Source: Squalus acanthias (Eukaryota). From it: DNA of 64,000 nt. The first letter of the stretch is position 1; every line of letters begins with the position of its first letter. The position numbers and the translations under genes are program-made. This document shows, in pieces, positions 24,782-35,665 of the stretch. Under the pieces are notes generated by a model, which was given only the letters and a program-made list of their open reading frames with translations, did not search any database and was not told the DNA's origin. The stretch is taken from contig JASTWF010000034.1 in NCBI GenBank assembly GCA_030390025.1, positions 4,774,001 to 4,838,000 on the forward strand, read 5' to 3'.

Positions 24782-25620
24782 AGGAAGGCAAATGGTATGC
24801 TGGCCTTCATTACAAGAGGATTTGAGTACAGGAGTAAAGAAGTCTTACTCCATTTATAGAGGGCCTTTGTGAGACCACACCTGGAGTACTGTGTACAATT
24901 TTGGTCTCCTTACCTAAGGAAGGATATACTTGCCTTAGAGGGAGTGCAACGAAGGTTCACGAGATTGATTCCTGGGAAGGCGGGACTGTCGTATGAGAAG
25001 AGATTGAGAAAACTAGGCCTGTATTCTCTTGAATTCAGAAGAATGAGTGGGCATCTCATTGAAGCACACAACATTATTACAGGGCTTGATAGGTTGGATG
25101 CTGGGAGAATGTTTGCCTTGGCTGGGGAGTCGAGAACCAAGGGCCACAGCCTCATGATAAAGGGGAGGCCATTCAGGACTGAATGAGAAGCATAGAAACA
25201 TAGAAACTTAGAAGATAGGAGCAGGGGTAGGCCATTCGTCCCCTCGAGCCTGCTCCGCCATTTAATGAGATCATGGCTGATTATCCAAATTCAGTACCCT
25301 GTCCCTGCCTTCTCCCCGTATCCTTTGATCCCCTTAGCCTTAAAAAATATATCTAACTCTAAAAAAGATATTTCTTCACACAGAGGGTGGTGAATCTTTG
25401 GAATTCTCTACCCCAGAGGGTTGTGGAGGCTCAGTCGTTGGGTATATTCAAAACAGATTTCGATAGATTTCTGCCTAGTAAGGGCATCAAGGGATATCGA
25501 GATAAGGCCGGTGAATGGAATTGAGGCAGAAAATCAGCCATGATCTCATTGAATGGCGGAGCAGGCTCAAGGGGCCGAATGGCCTACTCCTGATCCTATT
25601 TCTTACATTCTTATGTTCTT
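24782..25620 (+). mobile_element. 5'-truncated CR1, interrupted by an opposite-strand CR1 3' end at 25190-25340
   Basis: RPHLEYCVQFWSPYLRKD and a 3' tail at 25620; the insert starts CATAGAAACATAGAAAC. Confidence 0.88.
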
Positions 25621-25621
25621 G

Positions 25622-27660
25622 AACCTCTCACTGTAAAACACACCGTTTTACCCCACGCACCTCACTGTAACACTCTGTGATATACTCCATACCCACCGCT
25701 GTAACACTCTGATATACCCAACATCCCTCAATGTAAAACACTCATATAAACCCACAGCCCTGATTGTAACACCCTGTTACATACCACACCCCTCACTGTA
25801 ACACACCGTTTTTCCCCAGGCCCTCACTGTAACACTCTCTGATATACTCCATACCCCTCCCTGTAACACTCTGATATACTCCATACCCCTCACTGTAACA
25901 CTCGCATATACCCAACACCCCTCACTGTAACACTCTGATATACTCCATACCCCTCACTGTAACACTCTGATATATCCGACACCCCTCACTTTAACACTCT
26001 CTGATATACCCCACACCCCTCACTGTAACACTCTGATATACTCCATACCCCTATCTGTACCACTCTCTGATATACTCCATACCCCTCACTGTAACACTCT
26101 CTGATATACCCAACACCCCTCACTGTAACACTCTGATATACTCCAGGCCCCTCACTGTAACACTCTCTGATATACTCCACACCCCTCACTGTAACACTCT
26201 GATATACCCAACACCCCTCACTGTAAAACTCTGATATACTCCATACCCCTCACTGTAACACTCTGATATACTCCATACCCCTCACTGTAACACTCTGATA
26301 TACCCGACACCCCTCACTGTAACACTCTCTGATATACCCCACACCCCTCACTGTAACACACTGATATAACCAACACCCCTCACTGTAACACTCTCTGATA
26401 TACTCCACACCCCTCACTGTAACACTCTGATATACTCCATACCCCTCACTGTACCACTCTCTGATCTACTCCACATCCCTCAATGTAAAACACTCTCTGA
26501 TATACCCCACGCCCCACACTGTAACACTCTGATATACTCCATACCCGTCACTGTAACACTCTCTGATATACTCCATACCCCTCACTGTAACACTCTCTGA
26601 TATACGCCATACCACTCGCTGTAACACTCTGATATAGCCCACACCCCTCACTGTAAAACACTCATATAAACCCACACCCCTGATTGTAACACTCTGTTAA
26701 ACACCACACCTCTCACTGTAACACTGTGATAATTAACCCAACACTGCTCATTGTATTACTGTGATGTACCCCACACCTCTCACTGTAACACTCTGATATA
26801 CCCAACACCGCTTATTGTATTACTCTGTTATACACCACACCTCTCACTGTATCTCTTTGATTTAAACCCACTCCCCTGACTACAACACTCTGATATACCC
26901 CACACATCCCTTACTGTAACACAGATATACCTCACACACCTCTCTGTACCATTCTGATATACCCCTTACATTAATCATCTCTTACATATTCCAAAACTCT
27001 CACTGTCACAGGCCGATATACCCCAATCACCTCACTTTACCACTCTGATATACCCCACACCCCTCGCTGTAAAACTGTGTTTTAGCCGTCACCTCTCACT
27101 GTAATACATTGATGTATCCCACACCCTTCACATTAACACTATGATATACCCCACATGACTCACTGTAACACTGATATACCCCACACACCTCACTGTCACA
27201 CTGATATACCTCACACCCCTCACTGTAACACACTGATATACCCCAAACACCTCACTGTCACACTGATATACCTCACACCCCTCACTGTCACACTGATATA
27301 CCCCTCACCCCTCACTGTAACATTGTGATATACACCACACACCTCAATGTAACACACTGATGTACCCCACACCGCTCATTCTAACACTCTGATATACCCC
27401 ACACCCCTCACTGTAACATTGATACACCCCACACTGTAACACGGATATACCCCACAACCCTCACTGTAACACTGATATACCCCACACCCCTCACTGTAAC
27501 TCTGATACACCCCACACCACTCACTTTAACACACTGATATACACCACACCTCATTGTAACACTCTGATACACCCCTCAATGTAATTCTCTCTTACATACT
27601 GATACACCCCACACCCCTCACTGCAACACTCTGATACACCCCAAACCCCTCACTGTTGTC
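25622..27660. repeat. About 32-bp minisatellite, right part
   Basis: Same unit as 20108-21146. Confidence 0.92.
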
Positions 27661-28210
27661 ACTGCCACTTTAATCCCATGGGCGTCAATTTTGGTAATAT
27701 ATGATCCTTTATTAAGTACCTTTTGTAATGATTAGGAAAGTGTGAGTAGTATCAATCATACAACGATAGAATTGGAGATCCAAGTGGAGTTGACAATTTG
27801 TTTAGCGTACTTGACGCCCCGCTCTGATCACAGGCCTCATCTGGTTACAATCAATGAATTATAAAATCATTGATTTTAATCCTATTTTATTATTTCGATG
27901 TATTTGTTCTCAGTTGCCCATCCCTAGTTACCCATGCGAAAATGGAGGGCCTTCATCTTGAGCCGCTGCAGTCCGTGTTACTGTTACTGAAGGATTTTCA
28001 AGCTTTTGACCCAGTGACGATGAAAGAACGGCGATATATTTGAAGGGTACGGTAGCACAGTGGTTATGTTGCTGGACTAGTTAATACCAGATGACTGGAC
28101 AAATGATCCCGAGACATGTGTTCAATTCCCACCAGCTGGGGGTATTTAAATTCAATTAATTAAACAAATCTGGAATAAAAAGCTTGTGTCAATAATGGTG
28201 ACCATGAAAG

Positions 28211-28412
28211 CAGACAAGATAAGATTAACTGTATTCATCTGGCAGTGTTCTCTGACTATATATGCTGTGCCTATATGCATCTCTTCACTTCACCTGACGA
28301 AGAAGCAGCGCTGCGAAAGCTTGTGATTTCAAATAAAGCTGTTGGACTATAACCTGGTGTTGTGCGACTTCTCACATTTGTCCACCCCAGTCCAACATCG
28401 GCATCTCCACAT
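28211..28412 (+). mobile_element. Solo Penelope family-1 pLTR 3' fragment with hammerhead motif and tail
   Basis: Matches 35620-35712 and continues into the tail seen inverted at 34416-34450; CATGAA on both flanks. Confidence 0.85.
28290..28326 (+). ncRNA. Minimal type I hammerhead ribozyme motif (family 1)
   Basis: TCAC-CTGACGA-(AGAAGCAGCGCTGC)-GAAA-GCTT-GTGA. Confidence 0.65.
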
Positions 28413-28656
28413 CATGAACGTACCAGATTGTAGTAAAGTTCCACCTGGTTCACTAATGACCTTTCGGGAAGGAAATCTGCCGTCCTTACCTGGTCTGGCT
28501 GAAATGTGACTCCAGACCCACTGCAAAGTGGTTGACTCTGAAATGGCACAGCAAGACATTCACTTGTCTCAAGCGGCTCCCCACCACCTGCTGATGGGAA
28601 ATAAATGCTGGCCTTGTCAGCTGTGCCCACATCCCAAGAATTAGTTATAAAAATGA

Positions 28657-28702
28657 TTTATTAAGTGTCATAATGATTGAAAAACCGTCATAATGTTTTA
28701 TT
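28657..28702 (-). promoter_or_regulatory. Candidate polyadenylation signals of the GPCR (two AATAAA on the minus strand)
   Basis: TTTATT at 28657-28662 and 28697-28702, about 1 kb downstream of the GPCR stop, in an AT-rich patch. Confidence 0.35.
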
Positions 28703-28954
28703 AATGGTCATAATGATTTATAAAGGGTTATAAAAGATCTGTAATGTGGTGCAATGATTTTAAAGTGTTAGAATGACGAATAAAGTCATGGTGCCGGGAC
28801 ATCTCCTCCCCGGGCTGGGCTGCTCGGGGTCCTGTGGGCCGTTCCGGGCCAGGCTGCTCCGCCTCGCCGCCCGCTCTCACTGTAGCCGGGACGCCAACTG
28901 CTCCCGCCATCCAGATACTCGCCTCGCGCCGCCAGGGAAAGACCCCGAGTGACT

Positions 28955-29628
28955 GCCGCAATCCTCGTGCGGGGCCCCAGAGCCGCAATCGTTGTTTGGG
29001 ACCCCAGTGTCGCCATCTTTCTGTCGGCCGCGGGAGCCGCCGTATTTGTGCAGGGCGTGGGTGCTGCCATCTTTGTGCTGTGCCCCAGAGACTACTTTTT
29101 GTGCTGGTCCCCAGAGACGCCATCTTTGTGCAGGGCGCGGGCACCGCCATCATTGAGCGGGGTTCCAGAGCCACCATCTTTTTGCTGAGCGCCAGAGGCG
29201 CCATTTTTGTGCGTGGACCCGGAGCCACCATCTTTGTGCGGGGCCCCAGAGCCGCCATCTTTGTGCGGGGCCCCAGAGCCCCCATCTTTGTGCGGGTCCC
29301 CAGAGCTGCCATCTTTGTGCGGGTCCCCAGTGCCCCCATTTTTGTGCGTGGACCCGGAGCCGCCATCTTTGTGCGGGTCCCAGAGCCGCCATCTGTGTGC
29401 TGGGCTGCAGAGCCGCCATCTTTGTGCTGGGCCCCAGAGCCGCCATATTTGTGCGGAGCCCCAGAGCCGCCATCTTTGTGCTGGGCCCCAGAGCTGCCAT
29501 ATTTGTGCGGAGCCACAGAGCCGCCAGCTTGGTGCGGAGCCCCAGAGCCGCCAATTTTGTGCAAGGCCCCGGAGCCGCCATCTCTGTGCGGGCCCCCGGA
29601 GCCGCCATCTCTGTGCGGGGCCCCACAA
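28955..29628. repeat. 27-bp GC-rich minisatellite (CCCAGAGCCGCCATCTTTGTGCGGGGC)n, about 25 units
   Basis: Period 27 (29228 to 29255); explains the long repetitive ORFs in several frames. Confidence 0.93.
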
Positions 29629-29680
29629 TATCAGGCCCAGGGAACTGTCAACTCTCAGGCTGCAAAGTCTCCGCTTCTTC

Positions 29681-30582
29681 TCATCCTTTAATGAATTTTA
29701 CAATCAGAGTAAAGGGATATTTCCCCACATTCTTCAGCTGCTCTCTGAACTTAGTCTGTGTCACGGCGTAAATCCCAGTGTTTGTGCAACAACTCAGCAG
29801 CTGCAGCATGAATCCCAGTTCCATTACATAATACGGTAGAGATACAGACTCATACCCCAACCACCACATCCGGCCCCATATAGAATACACCATAAACACT
29901 GTCCATAACAGGATGAAATTGCCGGAGATAACAAGCAGTAAAATTATGGATTTCCTGCGGCTCTCCATCTCTGGGTCTCTGGGACTCTCCCCACTGCTGG
30001 GACCCCGGAGTCTCCTGCGGGCTCTGCTGGCCACTAAAATGTGTCTGACGGTGACAGCATTGAGCAGCAGAATCACCACAAATGGGACACACGGGGTGAG
30101 AATATAATGAAGGAGCTCGATTGGACCCCAGACCCGTGAATTCTGAACATCCTCTGTGACATCACAAAACCAGGGGTCATTCCCAAGCCAATACTGACCT
30201 GTGAACATAAAATACCAGGGGATGTTCTTTAAACCGCTCAGCACAGTCACTGTTCCCAGAACCACAGCCGCCGTTTTCTCGGTGCAATATTTAGTTTTCA
30301 GCTTCTGGCAACAAATGGCCACAAATCGATCAATGGTGAAAGTGACGGTGAACCAGACAGAGCAGTCTGTGGCTTCGAACAGCAGGACGGCGTGGATATT
30401 ACACACGGGGATCGACATCACGAAAATAAACTGTCCCCTATAAACAATCGGAATGTGCCTCAATATCAGGTCGAGGATAACGACCAGTAGATCCGCCGTT
30501 GCCATGGCCACCAGGTAGCGAGTGACACATTTGGAGAGACCGCACTTTCCCCGAGACAGGATCACAATCGTCACTAAGTTAA
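29681..30582 (-). CDS. GPR139-like: Exon 2 of class A GPCR (GPR139/GPR142-like): TM1 end to TM7 and C-tail; spliced protein about 388 aa
   Basis: Acceptor TATTTCCCTTCCTCACAG|TT AAC TTA GTG. Uninterrupted frame with hydrophobic helices, YLVAMATADLLV (TM2), TIDRFVAICC (DRY-like), ECL2 Cys (PWFC), ILTPCVPF (TM5), SRRKSIILL (TM6) and CTNTGIY (NPxxY variant). Stop at 29681-29683. Confidence 0.9.
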
Positions 30583-31504
30583 CTGTGAGGAAGGGAAATA
30601 AACAGGGAAATTATTCATCAGGCTGGGAGCAAAAGCAGCAGTTTGAGGGAATTCGGGGTGAAATCTGCAACTCATTACCGACATTCAATGATAAAATCTA
30701 ATTCTATTACCTGTGGAGCTGAATACAGGGCTTATTGTAAGAATAATCGGGAATACATTGTGAATCAAAAAATGAAATGGGAATAAATACAATATGAAAG
30801 TAACAGATGTTTGATCAAGGAGAGATTAAATGATCGATCTAAATTTAGCCCAGCAGACAAAAGCACCGCTCTAGGTACCAGGGACACAAAGGACCAGACC
30901 CTCTCAGGAAGCCTTGATGTCCCGGGATCAGTCAGCATTTGGAGCGGTGCAGTTCGCTTCTGTGCCCCTGTGTTAGGGAGGGGGAAATCCCGCTTGGATT
31001 CCTGCTCCTGGTTAGAATATCCATTCTATTTAGAACTGAAAATGAATGCAACAGCAAAATACAGAAACTGCAACCTTGGCATGCAATAATTACAGGCAAT
31101 TGTATGTAAAATGTACGGATGTAATACGACAATGATAAGATAATAAATACAAGTGTACTCAGTTATAAAGATATCTGGGCTATCAGATATGTTTTGAAGA
31201 TTGAGTTTACTGCATTTTTGTTGAAATACACAAATCTAGCTCATTGAAAGGAAGATTTGCCAAGTAACATTGCAAATAATGGACTCTGAATTAAAGTAAA
31301 TAGTGATGATTGACCAGGTGATGTCCCACTGAATGCATTTATCAGCATCGAAATCAGACGACTTAACCCACAGACAAAGTGCCGCCGAATGCTGTTGTAA
31401 AGTATCTGAACACAAATGGAAGAGATTTATCCTTGTACTTTTTCTCCTGTTGTTTCCAATTTGTGCAGAGAATATTAGACGAGAAGATATCAAAGGATTT
31501 TCTT

Positions 31505-31952
31505 AACATAGAAACATAGAATCTAGGAGCAGGAGTAGGCCATTCGGCCCGTCGAGCCTGCTCCGCCATTCAATACGATCATGGCTGATCATCCAAATCC
31601 AGTACCCTGTCCCTGCTTTAATCCCCACAGTACACATATCTCACCCTACCCCCGTAACCCCCGTAACCCCGTAACCACACGTATTTAATTCCCCCTAACA
31701 TATCCCATCCTATCCCCATAACCCCACATATTTAATCCCCCCTAACACTAAGGGTCAATTTATCATAGCCAAATCAACCTAACCCACACATTTTTGGACT
31801 GTGGGAGGAAACCGGAGCACCCGGAGGAAACCCACGCAGACACGGGGAGAATGTGCAAACTCCACACAGAAAGTCACCCGAGGTCAGATTCGAACCCGGG
31901 TCTCTGGCGCTGTGAGGCACCAGTGCTAACCACTATACCACCGTGTTGCCCC
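31505..31952 (-). mobile_element. Full-length tRNA-derived V-SINE (HE1-like) with a CR1-derived 3' tail
   Basis: Minus strand: head GGGCAACACGGTGGTATAGTGGTTAGCAC (A box), GGTTCGAATC (B box), V-domain GTGTGGAGTTTGCACATTCTCCCCGTGTCTGCGTGGGTTTCCTCCGGGTGCTCCGGTTTCCTCCCACAGTCC, CR1-type tail ending TCTATGTTTCTATG. Confidence 0.9.
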
Positions 31953-32375
31953 CACTATGCCACCGTGTTGCATTTCTTATTCTCGGTACTTCAGTTACAA
32001 TCAGCTGGGATTGTTTATCCTGAAGTTCAGCAGGGGGCAATAGAGAATCACTCTGGTGCTCACTGACAGATCCACTGTACTGTGACAGACGGGCATGGGA
32101 TCCAATTGTAAATTCAAAACAATGATCAGAAAGAAATGTATTGAAATCTGGCTGAATGAACGTTTTGTGATAATGTAAATTATCCTTGTAATCCTACTTT
32201 AACCATCAGAAGCAGTGCCAATAATGCAGAACTGGAGAGGGTGGGAAAGGAGACACTGACTGGAACTGAATGATTAGCGGATATTTCAGACATTTAAAGA
32301 TGTGGATGTGATCTGCCAGGATTTGTTCCTGTGACTCTGTAAGTAACCATACCGAGCATTAGGTGAAAACAAACT

Positions 32376-32503
32376 CAAAATACTGCTGATATTGGAAATC
32401 TGAAATGAAAACAGAAAATGGTGGAAATACTCAGCGGGTCAGGCAGCATCTGTGGAGAGAGAGAGAAACAGAATTAACGTTTCAGGTCGATGGACTTTCG
32501 CCA
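32376..32503 (-). mobile_element. Penelope family-2 pLTR 3' fragment
   Basis: CAAAATACTG...GAAATCTGAAATGAAAACAGAAAATG...TTAACGTTTCAGGTCGATG. Confidence 0.8.
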
Positions 32504-32671
32504 TTAGGTGAAAAGTCTCCTAAACCAAGGCAGCATTCCTCTGACCTGATACTAATGTTCAGTGTCGGTAGCAGACTGAAATTCGTTAAATAAAGAGTCA
32601 CCTTCAATAAATTTATTTGAGTTGAATATAGAACATTTGAATCTTGGTAACACAATATCACGATCAGAATC

Positions 32672-33418
32672 AATGGGCCAAAAATTGATGCCGCGACGCG
32701 AGAGTACGCACTGCGTACTCTCGCGTATTCTCTCTCCAATTGCCGGTTATCTGCATGCACTGCGCATGCGCTGAAAACCGGCATTTGGTCTTTGGAAAAG
32801 GGGGCGGTTCCTCGGTGCACCGCGTGCGCGCTACAGGCTGCGCGCACGCTGTGCACTTAGTGCTTTGGACGCGCAGGTCAGGACGGAAGATTTTAGAAAT
32901 GAAAATAGGAGTAAGACCCACTTTTAACAAGGTAAGTAGTGAATTAAGTATTATTTTGAATTTTTTTTAACAGGTATATCTTTTTTAGAGACTTTAAAGA
33001 CAGGTAAGTTTATTTTTATAACTTTTTAAAAGATTTTAAATTTTTTCAAAAATTTAATTTTTTATTTAAAATGGTTAATTCATTTAACTATACTTATTTT
33101 ATTAATGTGATGATTTTTTTTAAAATTTAATTGAGGTTTAGCTGTTATTTTGGGGGGGTGTAAGATTCATAGCTTTCACAGCATGTATGTGAAACTTATG
33201 AATGGAAGATGGTGTGCTGCCATTGGCTCTAACTGAGTCACGTGATCCCACAGCTCGCACGAATTCACTGCGCCGGTGGGATACGCAAGCACTGCCCAGC
33301 TGATGTGTAGAACATAAAGTTCGTGCGAGCTGGATCTGAAAAAGCCAACGCGGAGTGAGAGATCGCGCCTGCTCCTTACCCCCGCGGGAACAGAGCGAGA
33401 TCAATTTCTGGGCCATTA
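32672..33418. mobile_element. Intact non-autonomous TIR element (MITE-like), copy 2, about 750 bp, with internal palindromes
   Basis: TIRs AATGGGCCAAAAATTGAT and ATCAATTTCTGGGCCATT; GC-rich hairpin left part; AT-rich core; homologous to 3251-3408 plus 7136-7681. Confidence 0.82.
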
Positions 33419-34497
33419 GCTGACAGCAGCGCGGATGGGAAGGGGAACGACAAAGAGAGAAACACAGTTAAACATGCGGGGTTAAAGCCGGTTGGTTTGC
33501 GCCTCCCCTTAGCGCTTTCGGGGCGCTAACGGTGTGCTCGATATTTAGCGCCCGAGCACGGCTATTTTAGCGCCACTCGCGAAATAGACCAGTCGTTTTG
33601 CATCGGCGCTAAAGAATGCCGCCACGGTCTCCTGCGCCCGCAGATCGTGACATCACGCGAGAGTGCAACTCCCCGGACCGGATATTGAGTCACGTCCCCT
33701 GCCTTTCCGCCTGCCGCTAGGTACGACAGGTAGAGGGGAACGTTTTCAAGTTGGGAAGGAGCTGGGGGAGCGCTATTTAAAGGCGGCCGCTTCCTGCCTT
33801 TTCTTGTCAGCAAAATTTTTGGTACACACAGGTTGAGAGGGAGACAGACGTCTGGAGAGATTCGACGCTGACCGAAAGAGTTTTGGGTCACTTTCCCTGT
33901 AGCCCTGCATTTTTTTTCCTTCAGGTACTTATCCAATTCCCTTGTGAAAGCCACAACTGAATCTGCCTCCACCACCATTTGAGGCAGTGCATTCCAGATC
34001 CTAACCACTCGCTGCGTAAAAAAGTTTTTTCTCATGTCCCCTTTGGTTATTCTGCCAATAACCTTAAACCTGTGTCCTCTGATTCGTGACCTTTCCACCA
34101 ATGGGAACAGCTTCTCTCTATCTACTCAGTCCAGAACCCTCATGATTTTGAACACCTCTATCACATTTCCTCTCAACCTTCTCTGCTCAAAGGATAACAA
34201 CTCCAGCTTCTCCAGTCTATCCACATAACTCAATTCCCTAATCCCTGGAATCAGTCTTGTAAATCCTTTCTGCACCCGCTCTAAGTCATTCAAATCCTTC
34301 CAAAAGTGCGGTGCCCAGAATTGGACACAATACTCCAGTTGAGGCCGAACCAATGTTTTATACAGGTTCATCATAACTTCCTTGTTTCTATACTCTATGC
34401 CTCTATTTATGAAGCGGAGATGCCGGTGTTGGACTGGGGTGGACAAAATTGAGAGGTCGCACAACACCAGGTTATAGTCCAACAGTTTTATTTGAAA

Positions 34498-34535
34498 TCA
34501 CAAGCTTTCGGAACTATCGCTCCTTCCTCAGGTGA
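34498..34535 (-). ncRNA. Mirror copy of the hammerhead motif in the inverted pLTR
   Basis: Exact reverse complement of 35628-35665. Confidence 0.75.
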
Positions 34536-34905
34536 AGTAAATTGGATACAGAATCGTCAGAGCATATATAGATGGAAAAAAAAGCATGTGTACTTTACAA
34601 TTGCAGACCAATAAATTAAATCATCCTGACTATCTGCCGAGGTGTGATAAAGTTAATTAAGTCAGCCAGGAAGGTACCACATCAAAAGACATAGCAAGAT
34701 ACAACTGAGACAATGAGGTGAAGTCGCAGGGGTTCTAACGTGTCAAAAGCTGCCGTCTGTATGTAAAACGAAAAGCTTTAAAAAAAAAAAAATTTACTTT
34801 TTTACTGGGAAAATTTTTACTTTTTTACTGGGAATCACATCTGTGAACAAGCTAACGACGACTCGAGTCCGGATCACGTCATGTATCGTGACATAAACCC
34901 AAGAC

Positions 34906-35289
34906 ACAGATACCACCATCACACGTGAGGACACTACCCACCAGGTACATGGTACATACTCATGTGACTCGGCCAACGTTGTCTACCTCATACGTTGCAG
35001 GAAAGAATGCACCACGGCATGGTACATCGGCGAGACCATGCAGACACTGAGACAACGTATGAACGAGCACCGCGCAACAATCGCCAGGCAGGATTGTTAC
35101 CTCCCAGTCGGGGAACACTTCAGCAGTCAAGGACATTCAGCCTCGGATCTGCGGGTAAGCGTTCTCCAAGGCAACCTTAGAAACACACGACAACGCAAAA
35201 TCATCGAGCAGAAACTGATAGCCAAGTTCTGCACTCATGAAGACGGTCTCAATCGGGATCTTGGGTTTATGTCACGATACATGACGTGA
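34906..35289 (+). CDS. GIY-YIG endonuclease C-terminal fragment of a Penelope-like element
   Basis: NVVYLIRCRKECTTAWYIGETMQTLRQRMNEH...HF...H...E...GLN; frame open from the 5' truncation point. Confidence 0.88.
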   Translation, partial: TDTTITREDTTHQVHGTYSCDSANVVYLIRCRKECTTAWYIGETMQTLRQRMNEHRATIARQDCYLPVGEHFSSQGHSASDLRVSVLQGNLRNTRQRKIIEQKLIAKFCTHEDGLNRDLGFMSRYMT

Positions 35290-35627
35290 TCCGGACTCGA
35301 GTCGTCGTTAGCTTGTTCACAGATGTGATTCCCAGTAAAAAAGTAAAAATTTTCCCAGTAAAAAAGTAAATTTTTTTTTTTTTAAAGCTTTTCGTTTTAC
35401 ATACAGACGGCAGCTTTTGACACGTTAGAACCCCTGCGACTTCACCTCATTGTCTCAGTTGTATCTTGCTATGTCTTTTGATGTGGTACCTTCCTGGCTG
35501 ACTTAATTAACTTTATCACACCTCGGCAGATAGTCAGGATGATTTAATTTATTGGTCTGCAATTGTAAAGTACACATGCTTTTTTTTCCATCTATATATG
35601 CTCTGACGATTCTGTATCCAATTTACT

Positions 35628-35665
35628 TCACCTGAGGAAGGAGCGATAGTTCCGAAAGCTTGTGA
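35628..35665 (+). ncRNA. Minimal type I hammerhead ribozyme motif (family 1) in the pLTR
   Basis: Stem I TCAC/GTGA; core CTGAGGA; stem II GGAGC-GATA-GTTCC; GAAA; palindromic AAGCTT in place of stem III. Confidence 0.75.

Larger units (their letters stand above)
28045..28642 (+). mobile_element. tRNA-headed SINE sharing its 3' tail with the LINE at 37428-38255; interrupted by a Penelope pLTR piece
   Basis: Head GGTAGCACAGTGGTTATG...GTTCAATTCCCACC; tail AATAAATGCTGGCCTTGTCAGCTGTGCCCACATCCC. Confidence 0.75.

Noticed and set aside
28728..29839. Several long overlapping ORFs (up to 285 aa) on both strands
   Set aside because: Products of the stop-poor 27-bp minisatellite; 9-aa periodic peptides with no domain.
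31880..31952. tRNA gene
   Set aside because: A and B boxes belong to the V-SINE head, which continues into the V-domain and LINE tail.
33420..33890. CpG-rich stretch with TATTTAAA as a host promoter
   Set aside because: Lies mid-intron between two transposons and has repeated GCGCTAA motifs suggestive of a transposon remnant; no adjacent exon is identifiable.
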